64,000 nt of DNA from positions 101,990-165,989 of the forward strand of contig CAVVXN010000001.1 of assembly GCA_963752285.1 (NCBI GenBank), written 5' to 3'. Positions within the stretch are counted from its first letter, which is position 1, and every line of letters begins with the position of its first letter. The position numbers and the translations under genes were made by a program. Below are positions 51,978 through 60,690 of this stretch, one piece after another. This stretch comes from an uncultured Planctomycetota bacterium (lineage in GTDB: Bacteria > Planctomycetota > PLA2 > JAEUHO01). A model generated the notes under the pieces. The model was not told the origin of the DNA. It worked only from the letters and a program-made list of their open reading frames with translations, and searched no databases.

Positions 51978-53543
51978 ATGCGACGCTGGCTCCTCCTCGT
52001 CGCCGTGGCCCTCCTCGCCTCCCCGGCCGCACGGGGAGACGCGGGTTCGTTCGTGGCGCCCTTCGAGCGGGGGACCGGTTTCGTCCCCGTGAACGACGTG
52101 GACGCGTGCGTGCTCGCGGGTCTCGCCGGCGCGGGGATCGAGCCGTCGAACCCGTGCTCGGACGAGGTGTTCCTCCGGCGTGTGTTCCTGGACCTCACCG
52201 GCACGCTTCCCGACCCGGAGCGCGTCCGGCGGTTCCTGGCGGACCCGCGGCGGGAGAAGCGCGAGCGGCTCGTGGACGCGCTGCTCGCGTCGGACGAGCT
52301 CTCCGACTACCTGACGCTCAAGTGGGGCGACCTCCTGCGCGTGAAGTCGGAGTTCCCCATCAACCTCTGGCCGAACGCCGTCCAGGCGTACGACCGCTGG
52401 ATCCTCGAGGCCGTCCGCTCGAACCTCCCCTACGACCAGCTCGCGCGCGCCCTCCTCACCTCGAGCGGAAGCAACTTCCGGGATCCCGCGGTCAACTTCT
52501 ATCGCGCGGTGCAGGCGAAGACGCCCGAGGCGGTCGCCGCGGCGGTCGCCCTGACCTTCATGGGATCCCGCTTCGAGCGCTGGCCCGGGGACCGCCAGAA
52601 GGGCATGGCCGCGTTCTTCTCGCGCATCGAGTGGAAGCGGACGCTCGAGTGGAAGGAGGAGATCGTCCTCCCCGACCCCGCGCCGGCGGGTCCGCTCTCC
52701 GCCACGTTCCCGGACGGCCGTGCGGTCACGATCCCGGCCGACACCGACCCGCGGCGCGTGTTCGCCGACTGGCTGCTCTCGCCCGGGAACCCGTGGTTCG
52801 CGCGCGCCATCGCGAACCGGGTATGGTCGTGGTTCTTCGGGCGCGGCGTGGTGGACGAGCCCGACGACCTTCGTGACGACAACCCGCCGTCGAACCCCGC
52901 CCTCCTCGCGTGCCTCGCCCACGACCTCGTGAAAGACGGCTACGACCTGCGGAAGCTGTTCCGCCGCATCGTCCTCTCCCGCACGTACCAGGGGTCGCCG
53001 ATCCGTCGGAGCGACGCTTTGGAGGCCGCCGGGCTCTTCGCGTACTACCCCGTGCACCGGCTCGACGCGGAGGTGCTGATCGACGCGCTCTGCCGTCTCG
53101 ACGACGTCGGCGAGGACTATGCGAGCACGGTCCCCGAGCCCTACACGATCCTCCCGAACACGTTGCGGACGATCACGCTCTCCGACGGGACGATCACGAG
53201 CGCGTTCCTGCAGATGTTCGGCCGCCCGGCCCGCGACTCGGGACTCGAGTCGGAGCGTGACCGCGACCCGACCGAGGCGCAGCGGCTGTACCTCCTGAAC
53301 TCGAGCGACGTCCAGCGCCGGCTCGCCCGGAGCCGGTGGATCTCGCGCCTGGTCGCGACCGCCCCGGACCGGAACGCGATCGTGGAGGGCCTCTACCTGG
53401 CCCTCCTCGACCGCTACCCGCTGCCCGACGAGGTGGAGGCGGCCTCCGTCTACCTCGACCGGGCCGACCTGACGACGCGTGAGGTCGCCCAGGACCTCGC
53501 GTGGGCGCTCTTGAACTCCAAGGAGTTCCTGTACCAACACTGA
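51978..53543 (+). CDS. DUF1549 + DUF1553 (PSCyt2/PSD1-type) secreted protein
   Basis: Track ORF of 521 aa with a signal peptide. FLRRVFLDLTGTLPDPERVRRFLAD, LTLKWGDLLRV, NRVWSWFFGRGVVDEPDDL, LLNSKEFLYQH. Confidence 0.8.
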   Translation: MRRWLLLVAVALLASPAARGDAGSFVAPFERGTGFVPVNDVDACVLAGLAGAGIEPSNPCSDEVFLRRVFLDLTGTLPDPERVRRFLADPRREKRERLVDALLASDELSDYLTLKWGDLLRVKSEFPINLWPNAVQAYDRWILEAVRSNLPYDQLARALLTSSGSNFRDPAVNFYRAVQAKTPEAVAAAVALTFMGSRFERWPGDRQKGMAAFFSRIEWKRTLEWKEEIVLPDPAPAGPLSATFPDGRAVTIPADTDPRRVFADWLLSPGNPWFARAIANRVWSWFFGRGVVDEPDDLRDDNPPSNPALLACLAHDLVKDGYDLRKLFRRIVLSRTYQGSPIRRSDALEAAGLFAYYPVHRLDAEVLIDALCRLDDVGEDYASTVPEPYTILPNTLRTITLSDGTITSAFLQMFGRPARDSGLESERDRDPTEAQRLYLLNSSDVQRRLARSRWISRLVATAPDRNAIVEGLYLALLDRYPLPDEVEAASVYLDRADLTTREVAQDLAWALLNSKEFLYQH

Positions 53544-53555
53544 GGGAGGCACGCC

Positions 53556-54917
53556 GTGTCCCGGAATCGGTCCTCGGCCCGGATCGGTCGCCGCGAGGTG
53601 CTCGCGAGGGCGGCCCTCGGCGCGGCGGGTCTGACCTTCGTCGGCCGCGCGGCCCGGCGCGTCTTCGCCGAGCCCCGCGAAGCGGCGCGCCGAGGGGCGC
53701 CCGCGCCGCGCGCCACCTCCGTGATCGAGCTGTGGATGTCGGGCGGGCCCTCGCACCTCGACACGTTCGACCCGAAGGCGGAGGCGGGCTCGGACTTCTG
53801 CGGCCCCCTCGCAAAGCCCATCTCGACGAACGCCGACGGCGTCCGGATCTCGGAGCTGCTCCCGCTGCTCGCGCAGCAGGCCGACAAGTACTCGATCGTC
53901 CGCACGATGTCGCACGGCATCGACGCGCACGAGACGGCCACGTACGCGATGCAGAGCGGCCGCCGGTCGAGCGAGAACGGGCTCGTCTACCCCGCCTTCG
54001 GTGCGGTCGTGTCGTCTTTCAAGGGCTACGGCCACGGGTACGAGGGCCGGATCCCGCCGTACGTGGTGCTCACGCAACCCCTCGGCCGCTTCGCGGTCGA
54101 GGGATTCCTCGGCCTCGACCACAAGCCCTTCGTGACCGGCGGCGACCCGCGGCAGGAGCGCTTCGCGGTGGAGGGCATCGTGGCCGAAGGCGTCTCGGAC
54201 GCCCGACAGGCGGCGCGCCGTCGCCTGCTCCACACGCTCGACACGCTCGGCCGCGCCCTCCCGGGCGACCCGTCGTTCGAGAAGCTCGACCGCGCCGAGG
54301 CGTCGGCCTACGAGATGATCCTCGGCGACGCGGGCCGGGTCTTCGACCTCCAGCAGGAGACCGCGGCGGTGCGTGACCGGTACGGGCGCACGACGTTCGG
54401 CCAGTCGTGCCTCGCGGCGCGCCGGCTCGTCGAGAAGGGCGTGCCGTACGTCGTCGTGAACTCGGGCGGGTGGGACACGCACAAGCGAAACTTCGAGACG
54501 ATGCGCACGAAGCTGCCGGACCTCGACCGCGGGATGTCGGCCCTGCTCGAGGACCTCGCGCAGCGCGGCCTCCTCGACCAGACCATCGTCTGGTGGAGCG
54601 GCGAGTTCGGGCGGACGCCCCGCGTGCAGTGGGAGGAGCCCTGGAACGGGGGCCGCGGCCACTACGGTCGCTGTTTCTCGGCCGTCGTGGCCGGCGGCGG
54701 CTTCGAGGGCGGCCACGCCGTCGGGACCTCGAATCCCCAGGGCACCGACGTCCGCGAGCGGCCCGTCACCCCGCGGGACCTGCACGCGAGCATGTACACG
54801 CTCCTCGGGATCGATCCCGACGGCCCGCTTCCGAACCCGCGTGGCCTGGACGTGCCGGTCCTCCCCGCGCCCGACGGCCCGAAGGGGTCCGGGCTCCTCT
54901 CCGAGATCATGCCGTGA
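53556..54917 (+). CDS. DUF1501 (sulfatase/phosphatase-fold) protein with Tat-like signal
   Basis: Track ORF of 453 aa. SARIGRREVLARAALGAAGLTF, IELWMSGGPSHLDTFDPK, GGWDTHKRNF, WWSGEFGRTP. Confidence 0.8.
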   Translation: MSRNRSSARIGRREVLARAALGAAGLTFVGRAARRVFAEPREAARRGAPAPRATSVIELWMSGGPSHLDTFDPKAEAGSDFCGPLAKPISTNADGVRISELLPLLAQQADKYSIVRTMSHGIDAHETATYAMQSGRRSSENGLVYPAFGAVVSSFKGYGHGYEGRIPPYVVLTQPLGRFAVEGFLGLDHKPFVTGGDPRQERFAVEGIVAEGVSDARQAARRRLLHTLDTLGRALPGDPSFEKLDRAEASAYEMILGDAGRVFDLQQETAAVRDRYGRTTFGQSCLAARRLVEKGVPYVVVNSGGWDTHKRNFETMRTKLPDLDRGMSALLEDLAQRGLLDQTIVWWSGEFGRTPRVQWEEPWNGGRGHYGRCFSAVVAGGGFEGGHAVGTSNPQGTDVRERPVTPRDLHASMYTLLGIDPDGPLPNPRGLDVPVLPAPDGPKGSGLLSEIMP

Positions 54918-57259
54918 GCCGCCTCCTCCTCGCCTCCGGGCTCCTCCTCCCGCTCCTGGCCCTCTTCGCGGGGGTCGTCACGGCGGGCGAGGGCCCCCAG
55001 CGGCCGAACGACCCGCACATCGGCTACGTCGTGCCCGCCGGGGGACAGCAGGGCACGGTCACCCGGATCGTCGTGGGCGGCCAGAACCTCCGCGGCGTGA
55101 AAGGCGTCCACCTGACGGGCACGGGCGTCACGGGACGCGTCGTGCTCTGGATCCCGCCGTTTCGTCCCCTCGATCGCGAGGAGTCGATCGAGCTCCGACG
55201 CCGCCTCGTCGAGGCACGCGACCGCCGGCTCGCGGAGGCCGCGGGCCGCACGGCGTCGAAGCCCCCCGCGCCGGCGCCGGCCGGGGAGGACGGCGGGAAG
55301 GACGGCGAAGCGAAGCCCCGCGCGAAGCTCCCCGACCACCCCCTCCTGGAGAACCTCGACGCGAAGAGCCTCCAAGAGCTGAAGGAGATCGCCGCCTTCT
55401 TCTTCCGTCGTCGCGATCCGACGCAGCAGAAGCGCGCGATCGCCGAGACCGTCTGGATCGACCTCGACGTCGCGGGCGACGCGGAGCCCGGCGAGCGCGA
55501 GCTCCGCCTCGTCACGCCGCAGGGTCTCTCGGACCCGCTGCGGGTCCGGGTGGGCCTCGTACCCGAGACGACGGAGCAGGAACCGAACGACGCGACCCCG
55601 CCCGCGAAGGACGCGGCCGACCTCCCGATCGTCTTCAACGGGCAGATCCTGCCGCGGGACGTGGACCGGTTCCGCTTCCACGCGAAGCGCGGACAGCACC
55701 TCGTGGCCCGGGCCGAGGCCCGCCGCCTCGTGCCGTACCAGGCGGACTCCGTCCCCGGCTGGATGCAGGCCACGATCACGCTCGAGGACGTGAGCGGTCA
55801 CGAGCTGGCGTACGGAGACGACTACCGGTTCGACCCCGACCCCGTGGTCTTCTACGACGTCGAGAGGGACGAGGACGTCGTCCTCGTCGTGAAGGACGCG
55901 CTCGCCCGCGGCCGCGAGGACTTCGTCTACCGCGTCACGGTCGGCGAGCTTCCGTTCGTCACGAGCGTCTTCCCCCTCGGGGGCCGGGCCGACGTCGCCA
56001 CGGTGGCGGAGGTGTCGGGCGTGAACCTCGACCTCCGGCGCGTGCCCCTGGACACGCGCGCGGGCCCGCTCGCCCTGCGGCGGGCGTCGTGGCGGCTCGG
56101 GCCGGCGATGTCCAACCCGGTCCCGTTCGCGGTCGGCGACCTGCCCGAGATCGTCGAGACCGAGGACGCCGAGGCCCCCGGCCCGACGCCGATCACGCTG
56201 CCCCTGGTCGTAAACGGCCGGATCGACCGCCCCGGCGACGTGGACGCGTACGCGTTCCGCGGGCGCGCGGGACAGACGATCGTCGCTTCCGTCGCGGCGC
56301 GCGCGCTCGGCTCGCCGCTCGACGGCGTGCTGCGCCTCGTGGCGGACGACGGCACGGTGGTGGCGTGGAACGACGACCATCCCGACCCCTCCCTGGGCGA
56401 GGTGACCCACCAGGCCGACCCGTGGCTCGAGACGCGCCTCCCGAAGACGGGCACGTACCGCGTCGTCGTGACCGACGGCACCGCGCACGGCGGTCCGGCG
56501 TACGCGTACCGGCTTCGCGTCAGCCCGCCGCGGCCGGACTTCGACGTGCTCGCGAGTCCATCGAGCCTCGACGTGCCGACGGGACGCGCCACGGTCGTCG
56601 CGCTCCACGTCGTGCGAAGGGACGGCTACGACGGGCCCGTGGACGTGACGCTCGACGGCGCGCCGCCCTACCTCACCCTCGCGGGCGCCCGGATCCCCGC
56701 GGGCCGGGACCGCGTCCTCGCCACGCTCTCGACCTCGGCCTCCGCCCGGACCGAGCCCGTCACCCTGCACCTCGTCGCGCGGGCCACCGTGGACGGGCGG
56801 GAGGTCGCGCACGCCGTCACCCCGGCCGACGCGCAGATGCAGGCGTTCGCCACGTGGCACCTCGTAGAGCGCGAGGTGCTCGTCGCGTGCGTCGTCGGAC
56901 CGGGCCGCGGCGGCGCGCCGATCACGCTCGAGGACCCGGTCCCCGTGCGCCTCGTGCGCGGGGGCACGGCGCGCGTTCGCGTTCACGTCCCGGGGCGCCC
57001 CGACCTCTCCGAGATCCGGTTCGTCCTCTACGAGCCGCCGGCGGGCGTCTCGCTCGACGCGCCGACCTCGGCCCGGGGCGAGCTCGTCCTGCCGATCCGC
57101 GTGGCGAAGGACGGTCCCGCGCCCGGCGCCGAGGACAACCTGATCGTCGAGGCGTTCACGGAGCGCGAGGTCCCCGGTCGCGACGGCCGGCCCGCACAGA
57201 CCCGCCGCGTCTCCCTCGGCGTGCTGCCGGCGATCCCCTTCCAGGTCGTGCGACGGTAG
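54914..57259 (+). CDS. Secreted protein with two pre-peptidase C-terminal (PPC)-like domains
   Basis: In track ORF 54407..57259. The GTG at 54914 overlaps the DUF1501 stop (GTGA). EQEPNDAT...NGQILPRDVDRFRFHAKRGQ and VVNGRIDRPGDVDAYAFRGRAGQ are PPC-like. Confidence 0.65.
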   Translation: MSRLLLASGLLLPLLALFAGVVTAGEGPQRPNDPHIGYVVPAGGQQGTVTRIVVGGQNLRGVKGVHLTGTGVTGRVVLWIPPFRPLDREESIELRRRLVEARDRRLAEAAGRTASKPPAPAPAGEDGGKDGEAKPRAKLPDHPLLENLDAKSLQELKEIAAFFFRRRDPTQQKRAIAETVWIDLDVAGDAEPGERELRLVTPQGLSDPLRVRVGLVPETTEQEPNDATPPAKDAADLPIVFNGQILPRDVDRFRFHAKRGQHLVARAEARRLVPYQADSVPGWMQATITLEDVSGHELAYGDDYRFDPDPVVFYDVERDEDVVLVVKDALARGREDFVYRVTVGELPFVTSVFPLGGRADVATVAEVSGVNLDLRRVPLDTRAGPLALRRASWRLGPAMSNPVPFAVGDLPEIVETEDAEAPGPTPITLPLVVNGRIDRPGDVDAYAFRGRAGQTIVASVAARALGSPLDGVLRLVADDGTVVAWNDDHPDPSLGEVTHQADPWLETRLPKTGTYRVVVTDGTAHGGPAYAYRLRVSPPRPDFDVLASPSSLDVPTGRATVVALHVVRRDGYDGPVDVTLDGAPPYLTLAGARIPAGRDRVLATLSTSASARTEPVTLHLVARATVDGREVAHAVTPADAQMQAFATWHLVEREVLVACVVGPGRGGAPITLEDPVPVRLVRGGTARVRVHVPGRPDLSEIRFVLYEPPAGVSLDAPTSARGELVLPIRVAKDGPAPGAEDNLIVEAFTEREVPGRDGRPAQTRRVSLGVLPAIPFQVVRR

Positions 57260-57277
57260 CGAGGGCCACGGCCCTCG

Positions 57278-57772
57278 TCAGAAGACCGACTCGTCGGCGG
57301 ACGGGCCGTAGATCGACGGCACCGGCACGTCGCGAAGACGCAGGTAGACCGCGAGCTGCGCCCGGTGGTGGATCAGGTGGCTCAGCACGAAGCGCCGCAG
57401 CACCGCGGACCGGGGCAACGTGAAGAACACCTGCTCGCCGTGACGGAGCGACCACCCGCCCCGCAGCCGCTCGTCCGAGACGCCGGCGATCTTCCCGTGG
57501 CCCGCCGCCACGTTCCGGTCGAAGAGCGCGAGGATCTCCGACCGCGTCGCGGCCTTCGGAGGCTCGAACGGTTCGGCGAGGTCGATCCCGTCTCCGTCCA
57601 CCGTCGCGGCGACCCACGACGGGATGTTCGCGACGTGCGTGGCGAGGTCCCCCATGGAGAAGGACTTGTCGTGGGGCTTCCAGGAGAAGGCGTCGTCGGG
57701 CACCCGCTCGAGGACCTTCCGTGTGGTCGCCATCTCCTGGTCGAACTCGGGCAGCAGCGTATCGGACGTCAT
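57278..57772 (-). CDS. DinB family protein
   Basis: Track ORF of 164 aa. ...MGDLATHVANIP..., FVLSHLIHHRAQLAVYLR. Confidence 0.75.
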   Translation of the reverse strand: MTSDTLLPEFDQEMATTRKVLERVPDDAFSWKPHDKSFSMGDLATHVANIPSWVAATVDGDGIDLAEPFEPPKAATRSEILALFDRNVAAGHGKIAGVSDERLRGGWSLRHGEQVFFTLPRSAVLRRFVLSHLIHHRAQLAVYLRLRDVPVPSIYGPSADESVF

Positions 57773-57984
57773 CGTTCGCGTTCTCCATGCCCTCGGACGG
57801 GGTCCGGCCGGGCGCCCGGGGCGCGCCGTACTACCGGGGGAGGCGTCCCTCCGTCAAGCGACGGCCGAGCGCAGGTCGGGCCCTCCGCGGCCGGGTACGA
57901 CACGCAAAACGCGGTCGAGGGAGCGGACATGGGAACGTGCCGGACGCACGCGGCCGTCCTGTCGGGTCCCGGGGAGCCGCGGTC

Positions 57985-59103
57985 GTGAGCGAGGCCCTTC
58001 TCACGCGCCTCGGCGCGCCGGGTCCGAAGCGGATCCTCGCGCTGGACGGCGGCGGCGTGCGCGGTCTCCTCTCGCTCGAGTTCCTCGCGCGCGTCGAGGA
58101 CGTCCTCCGCGCGCGCACGGGCCGGCCGGACCTCGTTCTCGCCGACTACTTCGACCTCGTCGGCGGGACCAGCACGGGCGCGATGATCGCGGGCGGCCTC
58201 GCCACGGGCATGGAGGTCGCGGCGATCCGCGAGCTCTACCTCACGGCCGGTCGCGAGGTCTTCCGGCGCCGCCGAATCCGGTTCTGGCACGCGCTCTACG
58301 ACGAGCACCGCCTCGAGCGCGTCCTGGAGGAGCGCTTCGGTGACGTCACCCTGGGCGACGACGCGATCCGCACGGGCCTGTGCCTCGTCACGAAGCGCGC
58401 CGACACGAACAGCACGTGGCCGCTCGTGAACCACCCCGGTGGCCGGTACTACGCGTCGAACCGCCACATCCGGCTGCGCGACGCCATCCGCGCGAGCGCG
58501 GCGGCGCCGGTGATGTTCCGACCCGCGAAGATCGAGATCGCGCCGGGCCAGTCGGGCACGTTCGTGGACGGGGCCGTCAGCGTCGCGAACAACCCCGCGC
58601 TCCTCCTGCTCCTCGTGGCCACGCTCGCGGGCTATCCCTTCCACTGGCCGCTCGGAGAGGACCAGATCCTCCTCGTCTCCGTCGGCACCGGGGTCTGGGA
58701 GCGGCGCACCGACGCGCTCGCCATGGCCCGCGCGAACGCGTTCCAGTGGCTGGCGCACCTCCCCGACATGCTCATCCAGGACGCCGGCACGATGACAGAG
58801 CTCCTGCTCCAGGCCCTGTCGAAGACGCCCACGCCCTGGGCCATCGACCGCGAGGTCGGCGACCTCGACGGCGAGCTCTGGTTCGGTCGGCCGGCGCTCT
58901 CGTACGTGCGCTACAACGCGCGCCTCGAGCCCGACGCGCTCGTCGAGCTCGGCCTCTCTGACCTCGTGCCGCGCCTCGACAGCCTCCGCCGGCTCGCGGG
59001 CCAGGACACCCACGACGACCTGGTCCGGATCGGCCGCGCCGAGGCGACACGGGCGGTGTCGCCCGACCACCTGCGTCCGGCGTTCGACCTGCCGGTGCCC
59101 TGA
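57985..59103 (+). CDS. Patatin-like phospholipase
   Basis: In track ORF 57721..59103. GTG at 57985, after GGGGAG. ILALDGGGVRG (oxyanion hole), LVGGTSTGAM (GxSxG), FVDGAVSVANNP (DGA). Confidence 0.8.
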   Translation: MSEALLTRLGAPGPKRILALDGGGVRGLLSLEFLARVEDVLRARTGRPDLVLADYFDLVGGTSTGAMIAGGLATGMEVAAIRELYLTAGREVFRRRRIRFWHALYDEHRLERVLEERFGDVTLGDDAIRTGLCLVTKRADTNSTWPLVNHPGGRYYASNRHIRLRDAIRASAAAPVMFRPAKIEIAPGQSGTFVDGAVSVANNPALLLLLVATLAGYPFHWPLGEDQILLVSVGTGVWERRTDALAMARANAFQWLAHLPDMLIQDAGTMTELLLQALSKTPTPWAIDREVGDLDGELWFGRPALSYVRYNARLEPDALVELGLSDLVPRLDSLRRLAGQDTHDDLVRIGRAEATRAVSPDHLRPAFDLPVP

Positions 59104-59184
59104 GGGTCGCATCGGCGGTCTCGACGGTCGCGCCGCAGCCCCGGCGCACGTCGCCGTCCTGGTACACCCCCGGGGGGAGGGCCC

Positions 59185-60510
59185 ATGGAGCACATCTCGT
59201 CCGAGCCGCCGCCGACGCGACGCGGCGGCGTCCTGGTGCCCGGGGAAACGGTCTCGCTCTCGGCGATGGTGCAGCAGGTGCGGCGCTTCGCGTGGGGCGG
59301 GTTCCTGATCCTCCGCCTCGACGACGGCTACGTGCAGGCCGTCTCGGACGACCCCCAGGCCCTGGAGGCGGTGACGGAGGGCGCGACGGTCCGCGTCAGG
59401 GGCGAGGTGCGCGCCGCCGACGTCAAGGCCGCGCACGTGACGAACCAGAAGGTCGAGATCGGGCTCCAGGAGATCGTCGTCCGGAGCGCCCCGACCGGTC
59501 TGCCCCCGGTGGACCTGCACAAGCCGGACCTCGACCTGACCCTCGAGGTCAAGCTCGACCACCGGCCGGTGTCGCTGCGCCACCCGAAGGAGCGCGCGAT
59601 CTTCCGCGTCGCCGCGCGCCTCGGCCGCGCGTTTCGGAAGTTCCTCGACGCCGAGGCGTTCATCGAGATCCATTCGCCGAAGATCTGCTCGACCGGCGCC
59701 GAGGGCGGCGCCAACATCTTCTCGCTCGACTACTTCGGACGACGCGCGTTCCTCGCCCAGAGCCCGCAGTTCTACAAGCAGATGGGCGTCGGGATCTTCG
59801 GTCGGGTGTACGAGATCGGCTCCGTGTTCCGCGCGGAGCCCCACGCGACGAGCCGCCACCTGAACGAGTACGTGTCGCTCGACTTCGAGATGGGCCCCAT
59901 CGACGACTTTCGCGACGTCATGCGGATGGAGGCCGCGCTCCTCACGGACATGATGCGGGACGTGGCCAGCGACTGCGCCGCCGACCTCGCACTGCTCGGC
60001 GCGACGGTCCCCGACGTGCCCGCGACGGTCCCCTCGATCACGCTGGCCGAGGCGCACGAGATCGTCCACGACCGACACGGCAAGGACCACCGCGGCGAGC
60101 CGGACCTCGCGCCCGAGGAGGAGGAGCTCCTCTCCCGGACCGCCCGGGAGGAGCTCTCGAGCGAGTTCCTCTTCGTGACGCACTACCCGAGCGCGAAGCG
60201 GCCCTTCTACACGTTCGACGACCCGGAGCGTCCCGGCGAGACGTGCTCGTTCGACCTCCTCTTTCGCGGCGTCGAGATCACCACCGGGGGCCAGCGCATC
60301 CACGACCACGCGGCGCAGGTCGCGAAGCTCGTCCGCTTCGGGCTCGACCCGGCCGACTTCGAGAGCTTCCTCCAGATCCACCGGGCGGGCATGCCGCCGC
60401 ACGGCGGCCTCGCGATCGGACTGGAGCGCCTGACCGCGCGGCTCCTCGGCCTCGCGAACGTGAAGGAGGCGAGCCTCTTCCCGCGCGACGTGAACCGCCT
60501 GACCCCGTAG
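59185..60510 (+). CDS. aspS: Aspartate--tRNA ligase, archaeal/eukaryotic type (type 2)
   Basis: Track ORF of 441 aa. N-terminal OB fold, class II motifs FRAEPHATSRHLNEY, GGQRIH, GMPPHGGLAIGLERL. The short length is typical of type-2 AspRS. Confidence 0.85.
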   Translation: MEHISSEPPPTRRGGVLVPGETVSLSAMVQQVRRFAWGGFLILRLDDGYVQAVSDDPQALEAVTEGATVRVRGEVRAADVKAAHVTNQKVEIGLQEIVVRSAPTGLPPVDLHKPDLDLTLEVKLDHRPVSLRHPKERAIFRVAARLGRAFRKFLDAEAFIEIHSPKICSTGAEGGANIFSLDYFGRRAFLAQSPQFYKQMGVGIFGRVYEIGSVFRAEPHATSRHLNEYVSLDFEMGPIDDFRDVMRMEAALLTDMMRDVASDCAADLALLGATVPDVPATVPSITLAEAHEIVHDRHGKDHRGEPDLAPEEEELLSRTAREELSSEFLFVTHYPSAKRPFYTFDDPERPGETCSFDLLFRGVEITTGGQRIHDHAAQVAKLVRFGLDPADFESFLQIHRAGMPPHGGLAIGLERLTARLLGLANVKEASLFPRDVNRLTP

Positions 60511-60580
60511 CCCGGACCTGGGGAACGCCCGGGGAGGAGAAGGGGTCCGCCGGCCCCGCGCACCGGCTCGGCGCCGTCCC

Positions 60581-60624
60581 CGCGTTCACGACCTGTTCAC
60601 GACCCGTGAACGCGCGTTAATTTT
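60581..60624 (+). terminator. Intrinsic-terminator-like hairpin downstream of aspS
   Basis: cgcgttcacg (60581-60590) pairs with cgtgaacgcg (60605-60614), with a 14-nt loop. It is followed by cgttaatttt (T-rich tail). Confidence 0.5.
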
Positions 60625-60690
60625 CGACTCGCGAGTCAACAATCCCTTCACCGAAAGGGAACGCGCGATGAGGGACGCCGGGAGCGGCGC

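Noticed and set aside
57985-59103. Patatin-like phospholipase as the effector of a CBASS-like or other defence operon.
   Set aside because: There is no nucleotide cyclase, sensor NTPase or other partner within several kb. The flanking genes are DinB and aspS, which look like housekeeping context.
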